The notes beneath the pieces were generated by a model that worked only from the letters and a program-made list of their open reading frames with translations, had not been told where the DNA came from and ran no database searches. Positions 10,651 through 19,880 of a stretch of DNA of 58,583 nt are shown here, piece after piece. The first letter of the stretch is position 1. The number at the start of each line of letters is the position of its first letter. The position numbers were made by a program, and so were the translations under genes. Source of the stretch: Candidatus Kaiserbacteria bacterium RIFCSPLOWO2_12_FULL_50_10 (GTDB taxonomy: Bacteria; Patescibacteriota; Minisyncoccia; Phycocordibacterales; UBA918); the NCBI GenBank assembly GCA_001783515.1, contig MFMN01000015.1, positions 1-58,583 of the forward strand, in the 5' to 3' direction.

Positions 10651-12156
10651 TTATTGCACACGGTACTGCAATGCTTCGAGGATGTGCGATTCTTTAATGT
10701 CGTCGCTTCCTTCGAGGTCGGCGATGGTGCGGGAGGTTTTGACGAGGCGGTGGTAGCTGCGGGGTGAGAGTTTGAGGCGTTCGGCGGATTTGATAAGAAG
10801 CGTACGAACGGAGTCTGACAGTTCAATAACTTCATCGATAACACGCGCAGTCATTTCGGCATTGGCCGTGAGTCCGTGTTTTTTGAGGCGCTCTCTTTGG
10901 CGGGCACGTGCAGCTTTAATGAGGTCGCGCGCACGCTCTGTCTCTCCGCGCTGTGTGTTTATTTTTGCCAAATCTTCATGTGAGATATGCGGCACGGAAA
11001 GCCACAAGTCGATACGGTCGAGAATTGGCCCCGAGACTTTGTTTTTGTAAGTCTCGAGCATTTGCTCGGCATAATTATCGCCATCACTACCGCCGCGTGA
11101 CGGATTCATAGCTGCAATCATCATAATATTTGCAGGAAACTGCACCGATGACTGCGCGCGAGCAATCGTCACAATCCTGTCTTCAAGCGGCTGGCGAAGA
11201 CTGTCGATTGTTCTGCGGTCAAATTCAGGAAATTCATCCATAAAGAGCACTCCTCGATGCGCAAGCGTTACCTCGCCTGGGCGCGGAATTGAGCCACCGC
11301 CAACAAGCGCCACATGTGATGCTGAGTGGTGTGGTGAGCGGAATGGTGGTGTTGCGGTGATGCCACCCGAGAGCGTTCCTGCGTATGAATGGATGGCCAT
11401 AACCTCAAGCGCTTCGTCGAGCGAAAGTGCGGGAAGTATGCCGGGAAGCGCCCGCGCAAGCATCGTCTTCCCTGTTCCTGGCGGCCCTACAAGAATAGCG
11501 TTGTGCTTTCCCGCTGCGGCAATAATAAGCCCACGTTTTGCGGTCTCTTGCCCGCGTACATCTTCAAGCATAGTGACCGTCGAGGCGTAAGTATCGTCGA
11601 TGGTTGTTCGTGGCATGACAGGAAGCATCACGGTACCTTTTATATGCTGCGCAACCTCTACAAGTGACTGCGCCGCATACACCGTAAGCCCCTCAACAAG
11701 TGCAGCTTCAGCAGCATTTCCTTGCGGAACAATTATTTTTGTATACCCGGCTTTCTTTGCCGCGACCGCTGCAGGAAGCACGCCGCGCACCTCCCGAAGC
11801 GTTCCGTCGAGCGAGAGCTCCCCTAGAAACACCGTATCTGAAACCTCTACCGTAAGTCCCTCGCGCGCAATAAAATACGCAACCGCGATAGCTAAGTCGA
11901 AGAGCGACCCATCCTTTTTGAGCGCAGCCGGAGCAAGCGATATAATGGCGCGTATCGTCCCTTCTTTTGGCGTCAGCAATTTCGAATTGCGCAGCGCAGT
12001 GAGCACACGGTCACTCGCCTCGTCAATCGCTTTTCCTGCAAGCCCTACAATTGAGAATATCCCCGGACCATTCTTCACCGTCATAAAATCAGCTTCGACG
12101 GTAACAATAGTTCCGTCAAGCGCATTCGGTTGCACTGTGTGTGTTCTCGCAATCAT
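10651..12156 (-). CDS. comM: ComM/YifB Mg-chelatase-like AAA+ ATPase
   Basis: GPPGTGKTMLA, PFRSPHHSAS, GEVTLAHRGVLFMDEFPEF. Confidence 0.93.
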   Translation of the reverse strand: MIARTHTVQPNALDGTIVTVEADFMTVKNGPGIFSIVGLAGKAIDEASDRVLTALRNSKLLTPKEGTIRAIISLAPAALKKDGSLFDLAIAVAYFIAREGLTVEVSDTVFLGELSLDGTLREVRGVLPAAVAAKKAGYTKIIVPQGNAAEAALVEGLTVYAAQSLVEVAQHIKGTVMLPVMPRTTIDDTYASTVTMLEDVRGQETAKRGLIIAAAGKHNAILVGPPGTGKTMLARALPGILPALSLDEALEVMAIHSYAGTLSGGITATPPFRSPHHSASHVALVGGGSIPRPGEVTLAHRGVLFMDEFPEFDRRTIDSLRQPLEDRIVTIARAQSSVQFPANIMMIAAMNPSRGGSDGDNYAEQMLETYKNKVSGPILDRIDLWLSVPHISHEDLAKINTQRGETERARDLIKAARARQRERLKKHGLTANAEMTARVIDEVIELSDSVRTLLIKSAERLKLSPRSYHRLVKTSRTIADLEGSDDIKESHILEALQYRVQ

Positions 12157-12214
12157 AGAAATGAATATAGCATGAGAACAACAAAACGCCTTGTGGCGTT
12201 TTGTTGTTCATTAT

Positions 12215-12586
12215 TTACGACAAAGTATCCTCTTCGTCTTTGTGTGCAATACATGTCCTTGCAGCAAGATTTGCCTCAAGACGAGCTGTTTCGATTGGGT
12301 GTCCACTTATTTCGCAGATGCCGTAGGTGCCCTTCTCAATACGTTCGAGCGCACGACGTACGTCGTTATACCGACGCTCAAGCTCAGCTACTTCTCCTGT
12401 TCGCTCTGCCCACGCTTCTGTCTTGTCCGCAACATCAATCTCGTCAGCTTCGTCAGCGGCGATATCGTCTGTCTTTGGCACCCAGTTGTGCGCGTCCTTC
12501 GGGTCGCGAGCTGCAACTTCCTCCAAGAGTCGGGTCACTTCCGTAAGCTCCCCTTCTAGGGCAATTTTATATGATTCTGTTTCCAT
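12215..12586 (-). CDS. TraR/DksA family zinc-finger protein
   Basis: ALERIEKGTYGICEISGHPIETARLEANLAARTC. Confidence 0.88.
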   Translation of the reverse strand: METESYKIALEGELTEVTRLLEEVAARDPKDAHNWVPKTDDIAADEADEIDVADKTEAWAERTGEVAELERRYNDVRRALERIEKGTYGICEISGHPIETARLEANLAARTCIAHKDEEDTLS

Positions 12587-12644
12587 ACCTCTAGTATACT
12601 CCATATTTATAAAACAAAAACTCCTTGCGGAGTTTTTGTTTGAA

Positions 12645-12911
12645 TTATTTCTTGAGTCCGAGCTCTTTCACGAGCTTTGCGTATGACTTTGCATCCTTAC
12701 GTTCAAGATACTTAAGATGCTTGCGACGATCAGAAACCATCTTGAGGAGTCCACGACGTGAGTGGAAGTCCTTTGCGTTTGTCTTGAGGTGCTTTGTGAG
12801 CACTTCGATCTGCTTCGTGAGAAGTGCAATCTGTACCTCAGTTGAGCCGGTGTCACTGTCGTGACGACGGATGTCCTTGATAACACTTGCCTTTTTGCGA
12901 GGGGTAAGCAT
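12645..12911 (-). CDS. rpsO: 30S ribosomal protein S15
   Basis: DTGSTEVQIALLT, KDFHSRRGLLKMV. Confidence 0.98.
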   Translation of the reverse strand: MLTPRKKASVIKDIRRHDSDTGSTEVQIALLTKQIEVLTKHLKTNAKDFHSRRGLLKMVSDRRKHLKYLERKDAKSYAKLVKELGLKK

Positions 12912-13057
12912 GAGTTTATTCGTTAGTTACGTAATGTAATAGTTTACTTCTGCGTGAGAAGTTTTGGTTAGGGCTAGATACTGCCTCTTACCTGCGAAGG
13001 TAGACACAATATAACACATTTTTATAAAAAAGCAACAGAATGGTGTGCCTGCAGGCG

Positions 13058-14158
13058 TTATTCTGTTGCTTTTTCTGGAGTTGTTGTTGCCTCTGCCTTT
13101 GGCTGAGGGGCGGTTTCAACTACTGCTTCTGGTGCGGGAGTCTCAGGTATCACCTCTTCCTTAGGCACCGATTGACGGAGTGCAGTGTTCGAAAGATACG
13201 TGATGAGTGTTTTGATACGGGTGAGAATATCGTCAGATGCCCGAGGAGGTGTGCTGGTTGCTATTTCTGGTGCAACAAATGTTTGCACCACCACCATTTC
13301 GCTACTTGAGGCAGAAGTGGTCGACGCGGCCTCCGTGCTTGTTGCGAGAGCTACGGGAGTTTCTCCCCGGAGCAATGCCTCAATACGGCTAAAACGACGT
13401 GCAACCTCAGTTACTTCCTCTTCCGAAAGCTTTCTTTCAAGCGAAGCACGGAGCTCATACGCACGCGAGAGCTCGCGTTCGACATGCCCCATCACCTGCT
13501 CTTGCGAAGACGTTGCCGCGACGGTTGCGAGTTCTACCGCTACGTCTTTTGCCTCAGTTACCGCCTTCTTGAGTGACTCTGCTGGTTGGTCACTTACAAT
13601 AGCGGTTACAATATCTTGTGTTTTGGTAAGCTCGGCAGCGAGGTCAGCCTTTGCATAAATTGCTTCTTCGGTGTTCGTGGTCGCTATTTCTTCGATATTC
13701 TTTTGGATTTCTCCTGAATGTCGCTTAATGTTCTTTGAAAGATCTTCCTCTGCCTGTACGCTGAGCGTTCCTGTGTCAACAAGAAGCTGTGTTTCTAGTA
13801 CTCGCTTTTCGAGCAGCTTCATTTCAAATGCAATTTTCTCCTCTGGTGTTGAGAGCGTAATCCCCTGCAATGGCTCGTTTACTCGTGTCTTTACCGCATA
13901 AAGCAAGTCACCTGGATTTGCACTTTCTGCAAGGAATGGCGTTGCGATAATTGCAATGAACACAGCCATGCTTGCTGATGCAATCATACGGGCAGCATTT
14001 GCGCGCTGCATGATACGCTCAAGGAAGGGCACCCGCTGCGGCACAAGCACACGATACGGATGGTATTCCATGTATGCCAAAAGCCGCGCACGAAGTTCTT
14101 CGCGCTCGGTTGTGTTTAGCTTCGTATCCTGTACGTATGTCGACCAAGGTGATTTCAT
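13058..14158 (-). CDS. Putative anti-sigma factor (DUF5667-like, one TM)
   Basis: AESANPGDLLYAVK..VNE motif; overlaps the stop of the ECF sigma gene. Confidence 0.7.
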   Translation of the reverse strand: MKSPWSTYVQDTKLNTTEREELRARLLAYMEYHPYRVLVPQRVPFLERIMQRANAARMIASASMAVFIAIIATPFLAESANPGDLLYAVKTRVNEPLQGITLSTPEEKIAFEMKLLEKRVLETQLLVDTGTLSVQAEEDLSKNIKRHSGEIQKNIEEIATTNTEEAIYAKADLAAELTKTQDIVTAIVSDQPAESLKKAVTEAKDVAVELATVAATSSQEQVMGHVERELSRAYELRASLERKLSEEEVTEVARRFSRIEALLRGETPVALATSTEAASTTSASSSEMVVVQTFVAPEIATSTPPRASDDILTRIKTLITYLSNTALRQSVPKEEVIPETPAPEAVVETAPQPKAEATTTPEKATE

Positions 14159-14706
14159 TGTTTTGTTTCGAGAATTTTTTTGAGGGCTTTGAGTCCTCGG
14201 TGAATTCTGAGTGAAACAACATTTTCTGTTGTTTCAATAAGTTCGGCAATCTCTTTCGGCGAAAGTCCGTCTATATACCGAAGCACGACTGCTTCGCGAT
14301 ATTGTGGAGGAATGTCCTGAAGATATTCAAGTGCATGACGCGCATCGATGCTGGTTATGAGTGTTTCATGACTATGATCATGGAGCTCGGTCATATATCG
14401 CTCGTCGGATTCATCACCATCAATCATTGCATCGAGCGAAACCGACTTTTGTTTGCGGTATTCGTCGATGATTCTGTTGTTGAGAATCTTATAGAGGAAC
14501 GACTTGTACGAGCCGATAGCAACACCCTTGCAGACGTATGACCACGCTTGTATGTAGGTATCATGCACAAGCTCAATAGCTCGTTCACGATCAGACAAGC
14601 GAAAGAATGCATGGCGAAAGAGTGCATCGTTATATTCGTCAAATGCAGCTATGAACGCGTCTTCTTGATGACTGCCAGACGGTATGTCTAAATCGAGGAG
14701 AGACAT
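14155..14706 (-). CDS. ECF RNA polymerase sigma factor
   Basis: Region 2 (AIELVHDTY, FLYKILNNRIIDEYRK) and region 4 (LRYIDGLSPKEIAE...RIHRG). Confidence 0.92.
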   Translation of the reverse strand: MSLLDLDIPSGSHQEDAFIAAFDEYNDALFRHAFFRLSDRERAIELVHDTYIQAWSYVCKGVAIGSYKSFLYKILNNRIIDEYRKQKSVSLDAMIDGDESDERYMTELHDHSHETLITSIDARHALEYLQDIPPQYREAVVLRYIDGLSPKEIAELIETTENVVSLRIHRGLKALKKILETKQ

Positions 14707-14730
14707 GGCGAGTGGGAGTCATTATATAGG

Positions 14731-14757
14731 TAGACGTTTAATTGTCCATATCTTTCA
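14731..14757 (-). promoter_or_regulatory. Candidate ECF autoregulatory promoter
   Basis: Minus strand TGAAAG-N15-CGTCTA upstream of the sigma gene, similar to GAAAC/CGTC ECF promoters. Confidence 0.45.
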
Positions 14758-14758
14758 C

Positions 14759-14887
14759 CTTGACTTCCAAAACGGGCGAATTCGCGCTGTCTGAGCTGAC
14801 TTTTTAGCTTCCGCCGTACGTTAGGTACGTCTACAGCAAAAAAGTCACCTCTGCCAGACACGACTTCATCCCGTTTTGAAAATCAAG
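14759..14887. repeat. ~129-nt imperfect long hairpin
   Basis: CTTGACTTCCAAAACGGG...TGACTTTTTT...AAAAAAGTCA...CCCGTTTTGAAAATCAAG. Confidence 0.75.
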
Positions 14888-14930
14888 ATTGCTCTTCTCA
14901 GATTTTGGGGGCTCATTTTGAAGAAATGGG

Positions 14931-14960
14931 TGTGGATAAGCCTGTGGATACTGTGGGTAA
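14931..14960. promoter_or_regulatory. Satellite cluster of three DnaA boxes
   Basis: TGTGGATAA, TGTGGATAC and TGTGGGTAA in tandem. Confidence 0.7.
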
Positions 14961-15087
14961 TGGACATCCGCGGTCGTCAAGTCCTACAGAAACCGTTATT
15001 TTTCAACGTAAATATAGGACATGGCAAAATTAGCGTTTCACACTGAAACACTTCCCTTTTGTTCGGCTTGCACGTACTATGTTCCAT

Positions 15088-15507
15088 ATGAAACACCGAA
15101 TCGGTGAACTTGGCGAGTCTATTGCGGCGAAGCACCTTACTTCGCTAGGGTTTGAAGTGCTCGAGCGCAACTACTTTCAGCCGTGCGGCGAGATTGATAT
15201 TGTGTGCCGCAAAGGACGAACCCTCCATATTGTCGAAGTAAAGGCTACAGTATTTAGTAGTAGCGAGGAACTTCATCGAGCTGTTTCATATGAAACATAC
15301 CACATCAACGAACGTATCGACTACGAAAAGATGCGAAGTTTACGAAATGTCATCGGTATTTACCGGTCAGAACGAAAGTTTCATGGGAAACATGTCATAG
15401 ATGCCCTCTTTGTCTATCTTGTTCCCCATGAAACCTACGCGGCTGTTGAAATGCTTGAGGATTTAGAAGGTGAACTTACAAAGGGCGACGACTGGGATTT
15501 TGAGTAA
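15088..15507 (+). CDS. yraN: YraN family endonuclease (UPF0102)
   Basis: IGELGESIAAKHL..GFEVLERNY..GEIDIV..IVEVK; start could be 15079. Confidence 0.88.
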   Translation: MKHRIGELGESIAAKHLTSLGFEVLERNYFQPCGEIDIVCRKGRTLHIVEVKATVFSSSEELHRAVSYETYHINERIDYEKMRSLRNVIGIYRSERKFHGKHVIDALFVYLVPHETYAAVEMLEDLEGELTKGDDWDFE

Positions 15508-15741
15508 TGTCCTTTATGTCTTATATAAAAGGACATTGATGTCCTTTATACGAACACTAGTGAAACTAGCAGGGAATCGACCCGGAATCACGGCTACTTT
15601 TATTCGTGCGCCGCACTCAAAAGTAGACTCGTGTTCCTGGTCGGACACTCGCTCTGTTGCGCTTCTTCGCTACCGCTTCGAATGCTCACAGTAAGCTCCG
15701 TGTCTTCGATTCCCTGGCGTAGGCGAAGCAGTTCGCCTACT

Positions 15742-15805
15742 CTCCCCGACCAATATAAAGAAAGAGCAGTCAGAAGACTGCTCTTTCTTTATATTGGTCG
15801 GGGAG
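15742..15805. repeat. Perfect 30-bp inverted repeat including the tRNA-Pro 3' end
   Basis: CTCCCCGACCAATATAAAGAAAGAGCAGTC-AGAA-reverse complement. Confidence 0.9.
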
Positions 15806-15868
15806 CAGGGAATCGAACCCTGGCCACTCGGTCCCAAACCGAGTACACTACCATTATGCTACACCCCG
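15795..15868 (-). tRNA. tRNA-Pro(TGG)
   Basis: CGGGGTGTAGCATAATGG...TT TGG GA...GGTTCGATTCCCTGCTCCCCGACCA. Confidence 0.95.
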
Positions 15869-15893
15869 ATGGTGAAGTCTTATCTTACACGTG

Positions 15894-15965
15894 TGCGCCC
15901 ACCAGGACTCGAACCCAGAACGCTTGATCCGAAGTCAAGAATGATATCCATTTCACTATGAGCGC
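15894..15965 (-). tRNA. tRNA-Arg(TCG)
   Basis: GCGCTCATAGTGAAATGGAT...CT TCG GA...GGTTCGAGTCCTGGTGGGCGCA. Confidence 0.93.
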
Positions 15966-16022
15966 GTGCCTCGTATCATACGCAAAAACATAAAAAACGC
16001 AACTGTGTTGCGTTCCCTTATG

Positions 16023-16430
16023 TTACTTCATAGACAACTTCTCCGCGAACGCTTTCATTTCGCCATCTGCGTACACCTCATGTGTTGGCTTTTGGAATGG
16101 TTGTGCGTTTTCGTATCGAGGAATAACGTGCACATGAAAATAAAAGACTTCTTGCCCTGCGGCAGGCTCATTGTTACCGTGCACATTCACGCCGTCGGCA
16201 CCGAGCGCTTGCTTCATATGTTGTGCCACTTTTTGTGCCGTTTGATACACGCGCCCTACTGTTTCACTTGGACAGTCGAGAATATTTCGGCAGCGTGCCT
16301 TTGGCACAACAAGCGTATGCCCTTTGTGTACGGGGGTCATATCAAGGAACGCAACGGTTGCGTCGTCTTCATAGATAATGTGAGCGGGGATCTCGCCGCG
16401 CACAATCTTATCAAATACTGTTTCTTCCAT
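16023..16430 (-). CDS. HIT family hydrolase
   Basis: FDKIVRGEIPAHIIYED, GHTLVVPK, GQEVFYFHVHVIPR. Confidence 0.92.
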   Translation of the reverse strand: MEETVFDKIVRGEIPAHIIYEDDATVAFLDMTPVHKGHTLVVPKARCRNILDCPSETVGRVYQTAQKVAQHMKQALGADGVNVHGNNEPAAGQEVFYFHVHVIPRYENAQPFQKPTHEVYADGEMKAFAEKLSMK

Positions 16431-16466
16431 GCGTGAAGTATAGCACTGTGTTATGATATGTTCCAT

Positions 16467-18146
16467 ATGAAACACTATCGGGTTACTGAGCGCACTCAAG
16501 ACAACCTTGTTGAACAACTCTTGCAGAATCGGGGTGTTTCATATGAAACAAAAGGTGTGTTTCTCAACCCTGATTTTGAACGAGACTTGCACGATCCGTT
16601 TCTCATGACTGACATGCTTGTTGCTGTTGAACGTGTCCTTGTAGCACGTGAAACTAATGAAAAGGTTGTTATTTATAGCGACTACGACTGTGACGGCATT
16701 CCTGCCGGCACACTCATGCATGACCTTTTCAAAAAGGTCGGCATCACGAACTTCACGAATTATATTCCACATCGCCACAACGATGGCTTTGGACTCAATA
16801 TGAACGCCGTGAACACCTTTATCGAGGACGCTGTAACCCTGCTTATTGTGCTCGACTGCGGCACAGTATCCTTCGATGAAATTGCTCACGCAAAAGCGAA
16901 CGGTATCGATGTTATCGTTATCGACCACCATGAAACTGCGCAGGGAAGAATACCGGACGTTGTTGCACTGCTCAATCCGCGGCGCGACACAGCGTATCCA
17001 TGGCGAAGCTTATGTGCATGCGGTGTTGCATTCAAATTCGCACAGGCGTTTCTCATGAAACTTCGCGAGAGAGAACCTGCTATTGATATTCCACTTGGCT
17101 GGGAGCGCTGGCTCCTTGATCTTGTGGCGCTCTCCACGATTTCTGACATGGTACCGCTTGTGGATGAAAACCGCGTGCTTGTCACCTACGGACTCAAAGT
17201 GCTTCGTAAAACGCGAAGACATGGGCTTTTACGTCTTCTTCGCGACAATAAAGTGAATCCTGCGCATATTACCGAGGACGACATTGGTTTCACTATCGGG
17301 CCACGCATTAATGCTGCTTCGCGCATGGGCATTCCACGTATTGCTTTCACTATGCTTTCTGGTGACGACACAACAGGCCCCGAAGCAGCACAGGAGCTTG
17401 AAGATTTGAATAAGTCGCGAAAAGCAAAAGTTGCCGCCATGACTCGCGAGGTGCATCAAAAGTTTAAACACATGGATGAGATTCCTCCCGTGATTGTTAT
17501 TGGAAATCCTGACTGGATGCCGTCGCTTGCCGGACTTTTAGCAAACTCACTCTCTGAAGAATATAAACGCCCTGCGTTTGTCTGGGGGCGCGACGGGAAA
17601 GGGCATATAAAAGGCTCGTGTCGCAGCGCCTCTACCAGCGTCGTCGCACTTATGGAACATGCACAAGAGGCAATCCTGCAGGGCGGCGGGCATCATCAAG
17701 CGGGCGGTTTCGAGGTTGCTGATGATAAAATCCATACGCTTGGCGCAGCATTATGTGCAGCGCATGATGCACTTTCAGAAGATAGCGAGGCTGTTTCATA
17801 TGAAACAGTGGTAGACGCAACGCTTTCGCTTCATGAACTCACGAATGAAACCTATGCATCTATTGCGAGTCTGGCACCGTTTGGCATGAAGAATACCAAG
17901 CCGCTTTTTCAGATTCCAAATGTGACACCACACACCGTTGAGCTCTTTGGTAAAACAAAGGAGCACACCAAAATTACCCTCGAGGGCATGCAACACCATA
18001 TTCCCGCCATCGCGTTTTTCCGCACACCTGATTCGTTTCACATGGAACCTGAAGCGGGGAAGACCTGTACGCTTATTGCACACTTTGAAGAATCCTATTT
18101 TATGAACAAACGAGAGTTACGACTTAGAATTGTTGATGTTCTATAG
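16467..18146 (+). CDS. recJ: Single-stranded DNA exonuclease RecJ
   Basis: SDYDCDG, DCG, IDHH, GPRINAASRM, GGGHHQAGG, APFGMKN; start could be 16458. Confidence 0.95.
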   Translation: MKHYRVTERTQDNLVEQLLQNRGVSYETKGVFLNPDFERDLHDPFLMTDMLVAVERVLVARETNEKVVIYSDYDCDGIPAGTLMHDLFKKVGITNFTNYIPHRHNDGFGLNMNAVNTFIEDAVTLLIVLDCGTVSFDEIAHAKANGIDVIVIDHHETAQGRIPDVVALLNPRRDTAYPWRSLCACGVAFKFAQAFLMKLREREPAIDIPLGWERWLLDLVALSTISDMVPLVDENRVLVTYGLKVLRKTRRHGLLRLLRDNKVNPAHITEDDIGFTIGPRINAASRMGIPRIAFTMLSGDDTTGPEAAQELEDLNKSRKAKVAAMTREVHQKFKHMDEIPPVIVIGNPDWMPSLAGLLANSLSEEYKRPAFVWGRDGKGHIKGSCRSASTSVVALMEHAQEAILQGGGHHQAGGFEVADDKIHTLGAALCAAHDALSEDSEAVSYETVVDATLSLHELTNETYASIASLAPFGMKNTKPLFQIPNVTPHTVELFGKTKEHTKITLEGMQHHIPAIAFFRTPDSFHMEPEAGKTCTLIAHFEESYFMNKRELRLRIVDVL

Positions 18147-18163
18147 AATAACTGTATTGCTTT

Positions 18164-18299
18164 GACTCTGGATCCCTCCTGGATGACAAAAGTTACGTAT
18201 ATTGTTTTAGATAGACAATTAGTTAAAACGCAGATTTAACTAATTAGTAATCAAAAGCATTACGTTTTACTTTTGTCAGGAAGGATGGGATCCAGGAGT
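18164..18299. repeat. Repeat family A, full hairpin element
   Basis: CTGGATCCCTCCTGGATGACAAAAGT...AATTAGTTAAA/TTTAACTAATT...ACTTTTGTCA..GGGATCCAGG. Confidence 0.88.
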
Positions 18300-18349
18300 T
18301 GAAACGCTACTCACAGTAAAGGACACCTGAGTGTCCTTTACTGTGTCCT

Positions 18350-19066
18350 TTATGAGTTTTGTGTACTCCAAGCATAGAGCGCTACCGTTGCGGCAGACGC
18401 AGCATTGAGTGATTCTGCGGGGCCAGCCATAGGGATAGCAAGCATAGTATCGCAATGCTCGCGAGTTTTTTCGCGAAGTCCTTCTGCTTCATTACCAACA
18501 ACAATTGCGGTTGGTTTCGTGAAGTGTTCTTTATTAAGTGGTTCTCCCTCCATATCGAGCCCATACACCCAGAAGCCTTTGCCTTGGAGGTCTTTGAGCG
18601 CACTGTTGAGGTTTGCAACGACAACAATCGGGACGGCAAAGATAGTACCGACAGAAACCTTAACGGTTGCGGCGGTAATGCCTGCTCCACGGTGTTCTTG
18701 CACTAAAATCGCTGACGCGCCAAACGCAACCGCGCTGCGAATAATCGCACCGATGTTTTGTGGGTCATTCAGCTCCGCGAGCGCTACCACGCAGGTTGCT
18801 GCGTCTTTTTCTGCAAGCTCATGCTTCCATGTTTTAAAATCATGCAAGAGTTTTTCGATACTAATTTCCGCAACAATCCCTTGATGCACTGCATCTTTGG
18901 GAAGTTTCATAATCATATCCTTGCCTAGCGCTTTCACCGAAAGTCCTTGCAAGACTGGCTCGCTGTAGTATCGCTCGTCAGCATACACCGCAAGCACACA
19001 GTCCGGACGCTTTGCGACCGCTTCAAGCACGGCGTGCTTTCCATAGATTTTTTCCATATCTGGCAT
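18350..19066 (-). CDS. rlmB: 23S rRNA 2'-O-methyltransferase, TrmH/SpoU family
   Basis: IYGKHAVLEA, HQGIVA, DPQNIGAIIRS, GNEAEGL, SLNAASA. Confidence 0.92.
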   Translation of the reverse strand: MPDMEKIYGKHAVLEAVAKRPDCVLAVYADERYYSEPVLQGLSVKALGKDMIMKLPKDAVHQGIVAEISIEKLLHDFKTWKHELAEKDAATCVVALAELNDPQNIGAIIRSAVAFGASAILVQEHRGAGITAATVKVSVGTIFAVPIVVVANLNSALKDLQGKGFWVYGLDMEGEPLNKEHFTKPTAIVVGNEAEGLREKTREHCDTMLAIPMAGPAESLNAASAATVALYAWSTQNS

Positions 19067-19098
19067 AGAACCATAGTTTATGTTATGTTGCAAGGGAT

Positions 19099-19815
19099 AT
19101 GGCGAAAAAAGTACGACACGGCGCGACATTCTGGGACCACGAATATACTCATGCGGAGCATTTGAAACTTTCCGATGAAGTAAGCGAGGACCTGGAGAAA
19201 TTTGTGCGTTTTCTTGCGCGCCATAAAGATGCGCAAGTTCGTCTCCATCCGCACGTGCTCGATCTTGGCTGTGGCAACGGACGCAACCTTATTTATCTTG
19301 CAAAAAACGTCCAGGCACGAGGCTACGGCTACGACACCTCTGCCGCAGCTATCAAACAAGCAAAGATTGCTTCAGAAGGACTTCCGCTTACCTATGAGGT
19401 ACGTTCTATTGCAGGAGTAATCGGGCTTCCTGACAATTCACAGGACATCGTGCTTGATATGATGGCGTCACACTTCCTCGATAACGACGACCGTGAATTT
19501 CTTCGCAACGAAATTATGCGAGTCCTTCGCCCGGGCGGCTGGCTCTTTATGAAGACCTTCCTTCGTGATGAAGACATTCACACGTCACGACTCCTGAAAG
19601 AATCCGGCACTGATGAAGAGGGAACGTATATCCACCCCATCATTGGCGTCCCCGAACATGTGTATTTTGAACAAGAGCTCGCTCAGTTTATGCGCGATGG
19701 CGGACTCCTTGTGGAATACACCAGCAAATCACACCGTCACCGTACAGCAGGAGGCAAAGCAGGGAAGCGCCGCACCATCTCCCTCTACGCTCGCAAAGAT
19801 CCGTACGCAAAGTGA
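19099..19815 (+). CDS. Class I SAM-dependent methyltransferase
   Basis: VLDLGCGNGRN, RVLRPGG. Confidence 0.9.
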   Translation: MAKKVRHGATFWDHEYTHAEHLKLSDEVSEDLEKFVRFLARHKDAQVRLHPHVLDLGCGNGRNLIYLAKNVQARGYGYDTSAAAIKQAKIASEGLPLTYEVRSIAGVIGLPDNSQDIVLDMMASHFLDNDDREFLRNEIMRVLRPGGWLFMKTFLRDEDIHTSRLLKESGTDEEGTYIHPIIGVPEHVYFEQELAQFMRDGGLLVEYTSKSHRHRTAGGKAGKRRTISLYARKDPYAK

Positions 19816-19880
19816 CGACAGACAAAAAGAATCCCCCGTCTCTCTTGCGAGACTGGGGGATTTTATGAGGCGGGCGAATG

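Larger units (their letters stand above)
15035..18049. promoter_or_regulatory. parS: Cluster of parS-like palindromes (TGTTTCATATGAAACA type)
   Basis: Perfect copies at 15282, 16535, 17792; near-perfect at 15080, 16459, 18034; weaker at 15035, 15377, 15420, 17047. Confidence 0.8.

Noticed and set aside
12912-13010. S15 autoregulatory leader
   Set aside because: Plausible by position, but no structure could be matched with confidence.
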